The notes below the pieces were generated by a model. It saw only the letters and a list, made by a program, of their open reading frames with translations, was not told where the DNA came from and made no database searches. 59,313 nt of DNA. Origin: Spirochaetota bacterium (GTDB lineage: Bacteria > Spirochaetota > B62-G9 > DRHN01). Shown piece after piece: positions 1 to 9,004 of this stretch. A program made the translations under genes and the position numbers. Each line of letters starts with the position of its first letter. The stretch's first letter is position 1. The stretch covers positions 1 to 59,313 of the forward strand of contig DAOVJS010000001.1 in the NCBI GenBank assembly GCA_030673105.1, read 5' to 3'.

Positions 1-1
1 A

Positions 2-1744
2 AAAAAAGAGGATAAGGTTAAGAGGTCTTCTGAAGATTATGAAAAAGAAGGGATGTTTACAGGAAAGTACGTTACCAATCCTCTGAATAATGAAAAAGTG
101 CCTCTTTATATTGCTAATTTCGTGCTGCTGGAGTACGGAACAGGCGCGATTATGGGGGTGCCGGGTCATGATCAGCGGGATTTTGAGTTCGCAAAAAGCT
201 ATGAACTTCCGATAAAAATCGTCATTCAAAACAGGGAAGGCACACTCGATCTTGATACAATGACTGAGGCATATATTGATGATGGCATAAACGTTGACTC
301 CGGTCCGATTACAGGCCTACCCAACAGGAGAGGTATTGAGAAGATAACATCCTACATAGAAAACGAGGGCATGGGAAAAAGAACAATAAATTACAGACTG
401 AAAGACTGGCTCATCTCCCGCCAGAGGTACTGGGGAACGCCGATTCCTGTTGTCTACTGTGAAAAGTGCGGCATAGTACCTGTACCTGAAGAGGACCTGC
501 CGGTAATACTACCTGAAGATGTGGTATTCACGGAAAATGATAATCCTTTAAAAACCAGTGAAAATTTTGTAAATACCGTGTGTCCAGTGTGCGGCATAAA
601 AGCCCGGAGGGAGACGGATACAATGGATACCTTTATAGACTCCTCCTGGTATTTTGAGCGCTACTGCAGCCCTCAGGAAGATTCAGCGCCCTTTAGTAAA
701 AATAATACCGCGTACTGGATGAACGTCGACCAGTATATAGGGGGGATTGAACACGCAATACTTCACCTCCTCTACGCGCGTTTTTTCACAAAATTCTTAA
801 GAGATATAAATCTTGTTAACGTTGACGAGCCTTTTGAACGGCTTCTCACACAGGGTATGGTAACAAAAGAAACACACTACTGTAAAAATGATGGTTATAT
901 ATACCCAACCGAGATAACCGGAAATGGCAGGTGCTCTAAATGCGGTGAAAAGGTGGAAATCGGCCGTATCGAAAAAATGTCGAAATCAAAAAAGAATGTG
1001 ATAGATCCTGATGAAATAGTGAAAAAATACGGAGCTGATACTGCAAGGCTCTTCATTCTTTTTGCCTCACCGCCGGAAAAGGACCTTGAATGGTCTGAAA
1101 GCGGCGTGGAAGGTGCATTCAGATTCTTAAACCGGGTATACAGGCTCTTTCAATCCGCTGATAAACATTTTAAAGGCAGTATTGAAAAACTGGATGCATA
1201 CTCAAAAAAAACCCTTTCTTACAGCGAATGCGCGGGCCTTGAAAGGGACATCCTCCACGTAACATTTAAGACAATTAAAAAGGTGGGGGAAGATATTGAC
1301 GTCCGTTTCCATCTCAATACAGCAATCTCATCGATCATGGAGATGGTAAATTATACTTACACTATCTCAGCCGAAAGCATCGAGAAGAATGAAAACATAC
1401 TTTTAGCATACCTGTTCAGCTTGAAAATACTTAATATTCTTCTCTCTCCATTCGTTCCTCATATTTCTGAAGAGATATGGCACAGGGTGGGGTATAAGAG
1501 CAATATTTCAAAAGAGCCATGGCCGGAATATAACGAAGCTCTCACACTTCAGGATAACGTTACCGTTGTAATCCAGGTAAACAGTAAACTCAGGGCAAGA
1601 ATGGAAGTTCAGAGGGACACTGAAGAGGAGGTTCTTAAAAAAACAGCCTTACAAAATGAGAAAATCAGGAAATACACCGAAGGAAAAAACATCATTAAAG
1701 TGATAATTGTCAAAAATAAGCTTCTGAATATAGTCGTAAAGTAA
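2..1744 (+). CDS. leuS: Leucyl-tRNA synthetase, C-terminal ~580 aa (5' end is outside the window)
   Basis: The frame is open from nt 2. Class-I KMSKS loop ([13 protein letters not shown]), [13 protein letters not shown] block, CxxC pairs, C-terminal anticodon-binding tail. Confidence 0.93.
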   Translation, partial: KKEDKVKRSSEDYEKEGMFTGKYVTNPLNNEKVPLYIANFVLLEYGTGAIMGVPGHDQRDFEFAKSYELPIKIVIQNREGTLDLDTMTEAYIDDGINVDSGPITGLPNRRGIEKITSYIENEGMGKRTINYRLKDWLISRQRYWGTPIPVVYCEKCGIVPVPEEDLPVILPEDVVFTENDNPLKTSENFVNTVCPVCGIKARRETDTMDTFIDSSWYFERYCSPQEDSAPFSKNNTAYWMNVDQYIGGIEHAILHLLYARFFTKFLRDINLVNVDEPFERLLTQGMVTKETHYCKNDGYIYPTEITGNGRCSKCGEKVEIGRIEKMSKSKKNVIDPDEIVKKYGADTARLFILFASPPEKDLEWSESGVEGAFRFLNRVYRLFQSADKHFKGSIEKLDAYSKKTLSYSECAGLERDILHVTFKTIKKVGEDIDVRFHLNTAISSIMEMVNYTYTISAESIEKNENILLAYLFSLKILNILLSPFVPHISEEIWHRVGYKSNISKEPWPEYNEALTLQDNVTVVIQVNSKLRARMEVQRDTEEEVLKKTALQNEKIRKYTEGKNIIKVIIVKNKLLNIVVK

Positions 1745-1839
1745 ATATTATTAAATACACTCTAAAGATATTTTATTTTTAAGCAATGACTTTAATCTCC
1801 TGGTTACTGAAAATAAATAGTTAGGGAGGAATTGTTTAA

Positions 1840-3156
1840 ATGGGAATTAAAGTAGTCAAATTCGGCGGAACATCCCTTGCCGACGCGAATCAAATCCGTA
1901 AAGTACAGAAAATTATCTGTGCAGATGAAGAACGATGCTATGTTGTACCGTCAGCCCCGGGAAAACGTATAGCATCGGAGCGGAAAATCACAGACCTTCT
2001 CTATCTCTGCCATGCTCATGTCCAGCAAAACGTACCGATCGATGAAGTTTTTCAGATAATTATTGATCGTTATCTCGATATTGTCAGGGACAGGGACGTT
2101 TCTATTGATCTGGAGCCTCATTTTGATGATATCAAAAAAAAGATTTCAGGCGGAGCTTCCGCTGATTACACAGCAAGCAGGGGGGAATTCCTCATCGGGC
2201 TGGTTCTTGCCGCACTGCTTGGCTATGATTTTGTGGATCCTTTCGAAATAATATTTTTTAATAAATACGGTAAGATAGATATAGAACGAACACAGGCAGA
2301 AACAAACAGGCGCCTTTTAAAACACAGAAAAGCCGTTATACCGGGTTTTTATGGATGCGCGCACGATGGAAAGATCAAAACCTTCCCCCGGGGCGGGTCT
2401 GATATTACAGGGTCGATAATTGCAAGGGGCGTGCACGCCGATGTCTATGAAAACTGGACCGATGTATCCGGACTTCTTATGGCCGATCCAAACGTTGTTG
2501 ATAACCCCAGGCCGATAAATACGATAACATACAGGGAGCTGCGGGAGCTGGCCTACATGGGTGCAAATGTTATCCATGATGAGACGATTTTTCCGGTCAG
2601 GGAGGCGGGAATCCCTGTTAAAATTAAAAATACTAACAGGCCGGATGACCCCGGTACCCTTATTGTGAGAGACACCGGTACGGTTACCCATACAGGGACA
2701 ATAACCGGAATCGCAGGGCGAAAAAACTTTACAATTATCGTAATAGAGAGGGCGTTCTTGAATACTGAAATCGGGTATGGAAGAAGACTGCTGTCTGTAC
2801 TCGAGGTGAACGGTGTCTCCTTCGAGCATATGCCTTCAGGCATTGATACCATCTCTCTCGTTATCGCTGATTCCCAGCTTGATAATAAGTTAGATAAGAT
2901 TATACAGGAAATAAAATCGGAATGTATGCCCGATTCGACCGAAGTTTATCCCAATATGGCCCTTATTGCCACTGTGGGCAGGGGCATGGCGTTTACCCCC
3001 GGAATTGCGGCTAAGCTCTTTGACGCCCTGGGGGAAAAAAATATAAATATCCGCATGATAGACCAGGGGTCAAGTGAAATAAATATTATAATCGGGGTTG
3101 AAACTGATGATTTTGAACTTGCCATTCAGGCCATCTACAGCGCCTTCGTTGAATAG
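1840..3156 (+). CDS. lysC: Aspartate kinase
   Basis: N-terminal KFGGTSLADA kinase motif, C-terminal ACT-like repeats (ALIATVGRGM..., INIRMIDQGSSEINI), GGGAGG RBS upstream. Confidence 0.9.
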   Translation: MGIKVVKFGGTSLADANQIRKVQKIICADEERCYVVPSAPGKRIASERKITDLLYLCHAHVQQNVPIDEVFQIIIDRYLDIVRDRDVSIDLEPHFDDIKKKISGGASADYTASRGEFLIGLVLAALLGYDFVDPFEIIFFNKYGKIDIERTQAETNRRLLKHRKAVIPGFYGCAHDGKIKTFPRGGSDITGSIIARGVHADVYENWTDVSGLLMADPNVVDNPRPINTITYRELRELAYMGANVIHDETIFPVREAGIPVKIKNTNRPDDPGTLIVRDTGTVTHTGTITGIAGRKNFTIIVIERAFLNTEIGYGRRLLSVLEVNGVSFEHMPSGIDTISLVIADSQLDNKLDKIIQEIKSECMPDSTEVYPNMALIATVGRGMAFTPGIAAKLFDALGEKNINIRMIDQGSSEINIIIGVETDDFELAIQAIYSAFVE

Positions 3157-3250
3157 AATGTCACAGGAATTAATTATTATCACGTTTTTTCCATACCCGA
3201 TGCTCACCGGCGGCAATGGAACGCAGTGTAATTGCACGAGGAGCGCCTTG

Positions 3251-3670
3251 TTAGAAGGCTCTTATGTCAATTAATTTCCTCAGATAAGAAATGTATTGCC
3301 TGTCTTTTTTGTTAATATGACCTAACCACCATTCTTTCAAGAATTTCAAAACCATATCTGAATCTTTACGCCTATTGGCATCAATAGAAAGCTTTTTTGT
3401 TCTCTTTGCCAATTCTTTATGCAGTGCAATATGTTCTTCGAGAGCAGGATAGTTTGCCTCCGCCAGCAGTGCTTCTTCAGTTTTGAAATGAACTTCTGTA
3501 TACTGTTCTAACATAGTCATAGTGGGCTTTATTATTTCGTGTTCATGTCCAGTTTGAATAAAATAGTGTAACGAATTGATAGTAGAAATAATTCCTCTAT
3601 GCTGCTCGTCGATTATAGGAATTCCAAGCTTGTTATTGTCACTCCAAACTATGTATAGGATATTCTTCAT
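3251..3670 (-). CDS. Bacteriohemerythrin-like protein
   Basis: Hemerythrin His/Glu/Asp ligand pattern: IDEQHRG, HFKTEE, HIALHKEL, WLGHINKKDRQY. AGGAGA RBS. Confidence 0.85.
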   Translation of the reverse strand: MKNILYIVWSDNNKLGIPIIDEQHRGIISTINSLHYFIQTGHEHEIIKPTMTMLEQYTEVHFKTEEALLAEANYPALEEHIALHKELAKRTKKLSIDANRRKDSDMVLKFLKEWWLGHINKKDRQYISYLRKLIDIRAF

Positions 3671-3900
3671 GTTCTATTCTCCTTTCTGCACATTTGATTA
3701 CGCAACATCGTGTCGCGACTAACGTTGGAAATCACCCGCTTGATATCATAATCATCCCACAGCTTCCTTATCGGCTTACCATCATCATACCCTCTGTCAG
3801 CTATCCCGTACTCACACCTTTCTATTACCTCAGGATGACCCTCTTTAATCTTCTCAAAAAGTTCATGAGCCAACAGTTCCCTCGTGGAATAGAATAGCAT
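3667..3900 (-). pseudogene. Remnant of a DDE (IS4/IS5-like) transposase; 77-aa internal fragment
   Basis: GIADRGYDDGKPIRKLWDDYDIKRVI resembles the ADxGYDS...GIxPVI block around the second catalytic Asp of DDE_Tnp_1 transposases. There is no N- or C-terminal catalytic region. Its stop overlaps the hemerythrin start (ATGA). Confidence 0.5.
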
Positions 3901-3910
3901 GTAATGGTCT

Positions 3911-4381
3911 TTATTTAGGCTTAACGGCCAGTCTTGTGACTCTTGGCTTTACCAGTGTATCAAAATCCTTATAGGACAGCCTGATAAGCTCTGTGTGCGA
4001 CCCGGCATTGAAGGCGATCTCTTCATCCTCCGATAGTGATACATCAACAAAAACGTCCATATCATAAAGATTACCGAAAGGAGGCATTGCTCCCGGAGCA
4101 CATCCTGGAAAGAGGCTCTGAAACTCCTGTTCATCCGCCAACTCTGCATGCTTCGCACCTGCAGCCTCTGACAAAAGCTTTAAGTCGATTTTATAGTTAG
4201 CCGGTAAAACCGCCATTGTCATCCTGTCATCAACCTTAACAATAACCGTTTTTGCGAGTTCCTTCCCATGGATATGGGCTGATGCGGCAATTTCCTGCGC
4301 TGTGTATGCAAGTGAATGTTTTATGCTCACGTATTTAATGTTGTGTTCATCTAAATATTTTCTTAATTTCTCTACAGGCAT
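3911..4381 (-). CDS. YbaK/ProX-type aminoacyl-tRNA deacylase domain protein
   Basis: 156 aa. KTVIVKVDD...MAVLPANYKIDLKLL and GCAPGAMPPFGNLY motifs typical of the YbaK/EbsC family. AGGAGGGG RBS. Confidence 0.7.
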   Translation of the reverse strand: MPVEKLRKYLDEHNIKYVSIKHSLAYTAQEIAASAHIHGKELAKTVIVKVDDRMTMAVLPANYKIDLKLLSEAAGAKHAELADEQEFQSLFPGCAPGAMPPFGNLYDMDVFVDVSLSEDEEIAFNAGSHTELIRLSYKDFDTLVKPRVTRLAVKPK

Positions 4382-4448
4382 GTTACCCCTCCTTTAAAAA
4401 TATATTTTTACTACCTGAAAGATTAACAACGGTGCGCGTATAGTTTGC

Positions 4449-4892
4449 CTATTCCACAACAGGCAGCCCTTTACTTTTCCAGCCCTTGATTCCGCCAAGA
4501 ACATTATACGCTTTTTGAAATCCCATTTCATCCATTATTTTCAATGTCCGGCCGCTCCTGTTCCCGGACGCGCAGTAGATGAGATAGGTTTTATTTTTAT
4601 CCAATTCTCCAAGCTCATCTTTAAAGCCTTCTAAATAGTAATCTATGTTTTCTGCGTTCTCAATATGCCCGCTTTTATATTCAGGTTCTGTCCTGACATC
4701 TAAAATGATAAAATCAATATTCTCCTTATTCTCCTGTATGAGATCGAACGCCTCAACAGGTATAATATCCTTTAATATTTTTGTATCAGCCCCCCCATGC
4801 GCCATGACAGCAGGGCCGGACAGGGCAAAAACAATAATAAACAAAACAGCCGACTTTATCCTGTTGAAATATTTAATGGATGCAAAGTACAT
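4449..4892 (-). CDS. Secreted single-domain rhodanese (sulfurtransferase)
   Basis: Active-site loop YCASGNRSGR, ILDVRTEPEY motif, signal-peptide-like AVLFIIVFALSGPAVMA. Start moved to an internal ATG preceded by an AAGGAG RBS; the longer tracked ORF (to 5027) has no support. Confidence 0.8.
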   Translation of the reverse strand: MYFASIKYFNRIKSAVLFIIVFALSGPAVMAHGGADTKILKDIIPVEAFDLIQENKENIDFIILDVRTEPEYKSGHIENAENIDYYLEGFKDELGELDKNKTYLIYCASGNRSGRTLKIMDEMGFQKAYNVLGGIKGWKSKGLPVVE

Positions 4893-5072
4893 TGTATACC
4901 GCTCCTTTATATCTCCTGAAGTACTTATAAAATATATTCTTTTTATATTAAGGCAACAATCGCTTTTTTCAAACTTTTTATGCGGAAGCACTTCTGAGAA
5001 TTGTAAAAAGCTTCTAAGTAACTTCATAAAATTACTTTTTGATACGCAGCCGTCTCTGGCGGCGTACTTCTG

Positions 5073-5990
5073 CTAGCTGCTCTTTTTTTTCTTTATATAG
5101 TTCAACACATGTCCCCCGTAGAGCATCAAGAAGAGACCGCATAGAATGAACGGTAGGCCGACAATTAAAAAGGGCACTGCTTTTTCGTCCCCTATAAAAA
5201 ATCCGAGAAGAACCGCGATGATAGGATTGACAAAGGAGTAGCTAACAATCCTTATTGAAGGTTCATGCGAAATCAAATAATTATAAGCGCCGAAAGCAAG
5301 AGAGCCTACCACCGCGAGGTAGAGCACTCCGATCAAAGACCTTAAAGAAAAATAACGATAAATCTCGGCCAGGGGGGGATGGGAAATCGATACACCGATT
5401 ATCGATACAACACCGACAAACAGCATTTGAATCCCGCTGTTCACGAAATTTTCCCTGGGTACCTCCATTCTATGGCCAAGACTGGTGGCAAACCCCCACG
5501 ATAATAATCCCCCTATCACCATAATTATCTCAGGTTTAAGGCTTGAGGCGAGGGAATGCCCGTCGTAAAGTAAAAGACCGACACCTGAGACCCCGATCAA
5601 AATGCCGATGATCCGGATTATAGAGATGCGGATTCTAAAAATAAATCTGTTAAAAAAGGCAACAATAAACGGTGTTGACGCGATTATCAGGGCAACAAGA
5701 TAGCTGTCAACTTCTTTTTCAGCGATTGTGATAAGCCCGTTACCCCCGATCAGGAGGAGAGTACCAAGCAGGATGGATGATAATATTTCTGTAATTTTTG
5801 GAAGCGGCTTCAATCTTCCGGTTATTAAGGATATAATTAGAAACAGCGATCCTCCAAAAAGAAAACGAAATCCAATTATATAGAAGGGAGGGATGGTCTC
5901 TACAGCAATTTTAATAAAAAAGTAAGTTGATCCCCAGACGAGGTAGATTGCCGCGTAACATATAATGATCATCAACGATACTTTTTTCAC
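5073..5990 (-). CDS. EamA/DMT-family transporter (10-TM)
   Basis: 305 aa and highly hydrophobic, with a two-fold EamA-like repeat (WGSTYFFIK..., ...SWGFATSLGHR). GTG start, or ATG at 5972. Confidence 0.75.
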   Translation of the reverse strand: MKKVSLMIIICYAAIYLVWGSTYFFIKIAVETIPPFYIIGFRFLFGGSLFLIISLITGRLKPLPKITEILSSILLGTLLLIGGNGLITIAEKEVDSYLVALIIASTPFIVAFFNRFIFRIRISIIRIIGILIGVSGVGLLLYDGHSLASSLKPEIIMVIGGLLSWGFATSLGHRMEVPRENFVNSGIQMLFVGVVSIIGVSISHPPLAEIYRYFSLRSLIGVLYLAVVGSLAFGAYNYLISHEPSIRIVSYSFVNPIIAVLLGFFIGDEKAVPFLIVGLPFILCGLFLMLYGGHVLNYIKKKKSS

Positions 5991-6421
5991 AGAAAATTCC
6001 TGCCTGTTTCATAAAGTTATTAGAAAGAAGGACAGAATGTATGGTACGCGCAATTACCTGTAACTGTGGAGTCCTGGAAGGAGAAAATTTACACAAAAAA
6101 ACGTGAACATTGTAAACACAAATTGCAGTATAGATTATTCTGTCAGCCCCGGCTTTTTTCTGTTCCTCTTTAAGGGTAAGATAATAAATGGAAGCCGAAA
6201 ATACCAGGGCAAAGAAGGTTTCAACGTTAGATATAAATTCCTTCGGCCTTCTGTCCTCATATACAGTACGCTTAAAGGAAGTTAAGGCCGTTTTGTACCC
6301 ATCAGGTAATTCAACCCATTCAACGGCTGAAAGAAATTCAGACCCCGCTTCTCTCGTAATTGTCAGCCATTAAGTGGTGCCAGGGGCCTGTATAATATAT
6401 AGTATTAAATATTCAATCTGT

Positions 6422-6458
6422 GTTACGGGACAGCCCAATCAGAGGTTACGGGACAGCC
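6422..6458 (+). promoter_or_regulatory. Two exact 14-bp direct repeats, GTTACGGGACAGCC, with a 23-bp period
   Basis: Copies at 6422-6435 and 6445-6458, immediately upstream of a sigma70-like promoter for the BMP ABC operon. Confidence 0.4.
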
Positions 6459-6471
6459 GCAATTATTGTAT

Positions 6472-6499
6472 TTGCTAAAAATAAAACACAGGCTATAAT
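6472..6499 (+). promoter_or_regulatory. Candidate sigma70-type promoter (TTGCTA, 16 nt, TATAAT)
   Basis: -35 at 6472-6477 and -10 at 6494-6499. It would give a ~195-nt leader before the ATG at 6703. Confidence 0.35.
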
Positions 6500-6702
6500 G
6501 TTACCTGATAAACTGCTCAGGGAAGTTGCGGCAGATTCAATTATTTTTGATAGACTTCCGTGCATAACTTTTACTAAATTAATATACTCTCAGGAAGGAG
6601 GTGATAGGGAGGGGAAGCTAAATCAATCTTAATTCTCCTTTCTTTTTCCAGGCGGGAAGGGAGTGAAATTTTATCCTGGAAATTAAACTAGGAGGAAGTA
6701 TT

Positions 6703-7866
6703 ATGCGTAAAACACTATTATTTACAGGCGTGCTGATTCTTGCCTGTTTGTTCTTTACCGGTCTGGTCTTTGCCACCGGAGAGAAGGGGGCACCTGAAGT
6801 ATCCGGGCCAGCAGCTGAAAAGATCATAAAAGTCGGTTTCATCTATGTCGGGCCCATTGGTGACATGGGCTGGACCCATGCCCATAATCAGGCCCGGCTT
6901 ATGGTCGAAAAACTACCCTGGGTGGAAACAATCTACCAGGAGAGTGTACCTGAGGGAGACACGTTAAGCACGATTGAAAGGATGATTCAGCAGGAAAAGT
7001 GTGATGTGGTGTTTACTACCAGCTTCGGCTTTATGGACGGTACAATTGATGCAGCCCGCAAATTCCCGAATATAATAATGGCCCACGCCTCCGGGTTCAA
7101 GCGGGCTCCCAATGTAGCCACTTACATGGCCGATTTCTACCAGGTCTATTATCTGAACGGTCTCATGGCAGGAGCCCTGACAAAGACCGGAAAGATCGGT
7201 TATGTCGGGGCTTTCCCCATACCCGAGGTGAAGCGCCATATTAACGCTTACACGATCGGAGTCAGGGAGGTAAATCCGGACGCTGAAGTCCATGTGCGCT
7301 GGATCGGGGCATGGTTCGATCCTCCGGCCGCCACAGAAGCCACAATGGCGCTCATCGATGAGGGGTGTGATGTCTTTGCCTTTACCGAAGATACCTCCAC
7401 AGTGGTTGAAGTGGCCGCAAAAAACGGTTTTCCATCTTTCGGCCACTACTCTCCTATGTATGACGCCTCTCCTGATTATGTGGTTTCCGGTCAGCTTGTG
7501 CACTGGGATGTCTTCTATCTCAGGTTCCTGGGTCTTGTATATTCCGGAATCCTGAATTCAGGCAACCTCGAAAATCTTGATTACTGGGGACTTTTGAGAG
7601 AGGGGGATGTTGAACTCGGCGCAAAACCGGGAATGCCCGTCAACCCCGCCTGGATAGGCAGGCTGGGAGACACCCATGACCTGGTGCTTAAAAGGCTGGA
7701 GCAGATGAAGAACCCGCAGATGGTTTTCGACCCATTTACCGGTCCATTGTATGACCGCAAGGGAAACCTTGTTTTACCCGCGGGCGCGCGTGCCGATTAT
7801 CTGCATTTACTGACCATAGAATGGGCAGCAAAAGGTGTTGTGGGGCCGTGGCCCAATGAACCGTAA
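6703..7866 (+). CDS. BMP-family (basic membrane protein / nucleoside-binding) ABC substrate-binding protein
   Basis: N-terminal signal/lipobox-like LILAC. VGFIYVGPIGDMGWTHAH and GYVGAFPIPEV blocks are typical of Bmp/PnrA-like binding proteins. AGGAGGA RBS. Confidence 0.85.
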   Translation: MRKTLLFTGVLILACLFFTGLVFATGEKGAPEVSGPAAEKIIKVGFIYVGPIGDMGWTHAHNQARLMVEKLPWVETIYQESVPEGDTLSTIERMIQQEKCDVVFTTSFGFMDGTIDAARKFPNIIMAHASGFKRAPNVATYMADFYQVYYLNGLMAGALTKTGKIGYVGAFPIPEVKRHINAYTIGVREVNPDAEVHVRWIGAWFDPPAATEATMALIDEGCDVFAFTEDTSTVVEVAAKNGFPSFGHYSPMYDASPDYVVSGQLVHWDVFYLRFLGLVYSGILNSGNLENLDYWGLLREGDVELGAKPGMPVNPAWIGRLGDTHDLVLKRLEQMKNPQMVFDPFTGPLYDRKGNLVLPAGARADYLHLLTIEWAAKGVVGPWPNEP

Positions 7867-7880
7867 GCATAACAGATACA

Positions 7881-7907
7881 GGGCCACCGTTTTACCGGCG
7901 GTGGCCC
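7881..7907 (+). promoter_or_regulatory. GC-rich intercistronic stem-loop (9-bp perfect stem)
   Basis: GGGCCACCG (7881-7889) pairs with CGGTGGCCC (7899-7907). It lies between the binding-protein stop and the first permease start. Confidence 0.45.
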
Positions 7908-7929
7908 TCTTCCTCAGGAGGAGGTGATA

Positions 7930-9003
7930 ATGGGGTTTCGCATAGAGAAAAACCCTGCAGTGCCTTCACGCATGGTTGTTTTTAGTTTTTCAGTTCTTTC
8001 ACTTTTTCTGGCTTCTGCCGTGATAGGAATCATCTTTCTTGCATACGGGATAAATCCTATCAGGGCCTACACCGACGTTCTGAGTAAAACTCTGGGCAGT
8101 TTTTACGGCCTGAGTGAGATCATCAGAAAGAGTATCCCGCTCCTGCTCTGCGGGGCCGGGCTCCTTCTGGTCTTCCGTACTTCCTTCTGGAACATTGGGG
8201 CCGAAGGACAAATACTGATGGGGGCTTTGGCTGCCACCTGGGCGGCCCTGTTTTCAAACTTTCCGGACTTTCTTTTAATACCCTGCCTTTTTTTATTCGG
8301 GTTTATCGCGGGGGCTGTCTGGGGATTCATACCGACTGTACTTAAATCCAGGTTCAGGATCTCCGAGGTAATAACAACCCTGATGATGAATTACATTGCC
8401 CTGTATATTGTTCTCTTCCTGATACACGGGCCGTGGAAGGGAAAAACCATGCGCGGGTTCGCGTACACCGACAAATTTCCGGCCAGCGCGTCACTGCCTT
8501 TAATAGGAAACACCCGTATACACTGGCCCACACTAATTATTGCGTTAATTCTTGTAGCGGCAATTTACATCATTCTAACCAGGGCAAAGCTGGGGTATGA
8601 AATCAAGGTGATTTCTCAAAGCCCCAAAGCCGGCAGATACGCGGGCATTTCTTACTTCAAAACAGTTTTCTGGGTTATGATAATCTCAGGCGGAGCGGCG
8701 GGATTAGCGGGAGCCGGAGAAGTGGCGGGTATTCACCATCTCCTCCGTCATCCAAACCAGATTTCTATGGGTTACGGCTACACAGCAATTCTCGTGGCAT
8801 GGCTGGCGAGAAGCAATCCAGTTATCACCATTATGACAGCCCTTCTTATGGCATTTATTTTCGTGGCCGGAGATACCATTCAGCTATCATTCGGCCTGCC
8901 GTCACAGATAGTTAATGTTTCTACAGGGCTGATTCTTTTTTTCCTGATATTGAGTGAAGGAATGATGCGCTACAGGATTTCATGGAAGAGTAAGGAGGGC
9001 TGA
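7930..9003 (+). CDS. ABC transporter permease (BMP/nucleoside-type, first)
   Basis: Polytopic membrane protein in an operon with the BMP SBP. ATG at 7930 sits 5-6 nt after AGGAGGAGG; the tracked GTG is at 7924. Confidence 0.85.
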   Translation: MGFRIEKNPAVPSRMVVFSFSVLSLFLASAVIGIIFLAYGINPIRAYTDVLSKTLGSFYGLSEIIRKSIPLLLCGAGLLLVFRTSFWNIGAEGQILMGALAATWAALFSNFPDFLLIPCLFLFGFIAGAVWGFIPTVLKSRFRISEVITTLMMNYIALYIVLFLIHGPWKGKTMRGFAYTDKFPASASLPLIGNTRIHWPTLIIALILVAAIYIILTRAKLGYEIKVISQSPKAGRYAGISYFKTVFWVMIISGGAAGLAGAGEVAGIHHLLRHPNQISMGYGYTAILVAWLARSNPVITIMTALLMAFIFVAGDTIQLSFGLPSQIVNVSTGLILFFLILSEGMMRYRISWKSKEG

Positions 9004-9004
9004 G

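Noticed and set aside
1745-1839. Possible lysine (L-box) riboswitch upstream of lysC (also 52416-52558 upstream of lysA)
   Set aside because: The lysC spacer is too short (95 nt) for an L-box. Neither region shows the conserved L-box helices or AGAGGNGC-type core by eye.
2317-2852. 170-aa and 99-aa minus-strand ORFs inside lysC
   Set aside because: They are antisense shadows of a clearly conserved aspartate kinase and show no motifs.
4893-5027. 45-codon N-terminal extension of the rhodanese ORF
   Set aside because: The internal ATG at 4892 has an AAGGAG RBS and starts a signal peptide. The extension has no supporting features.
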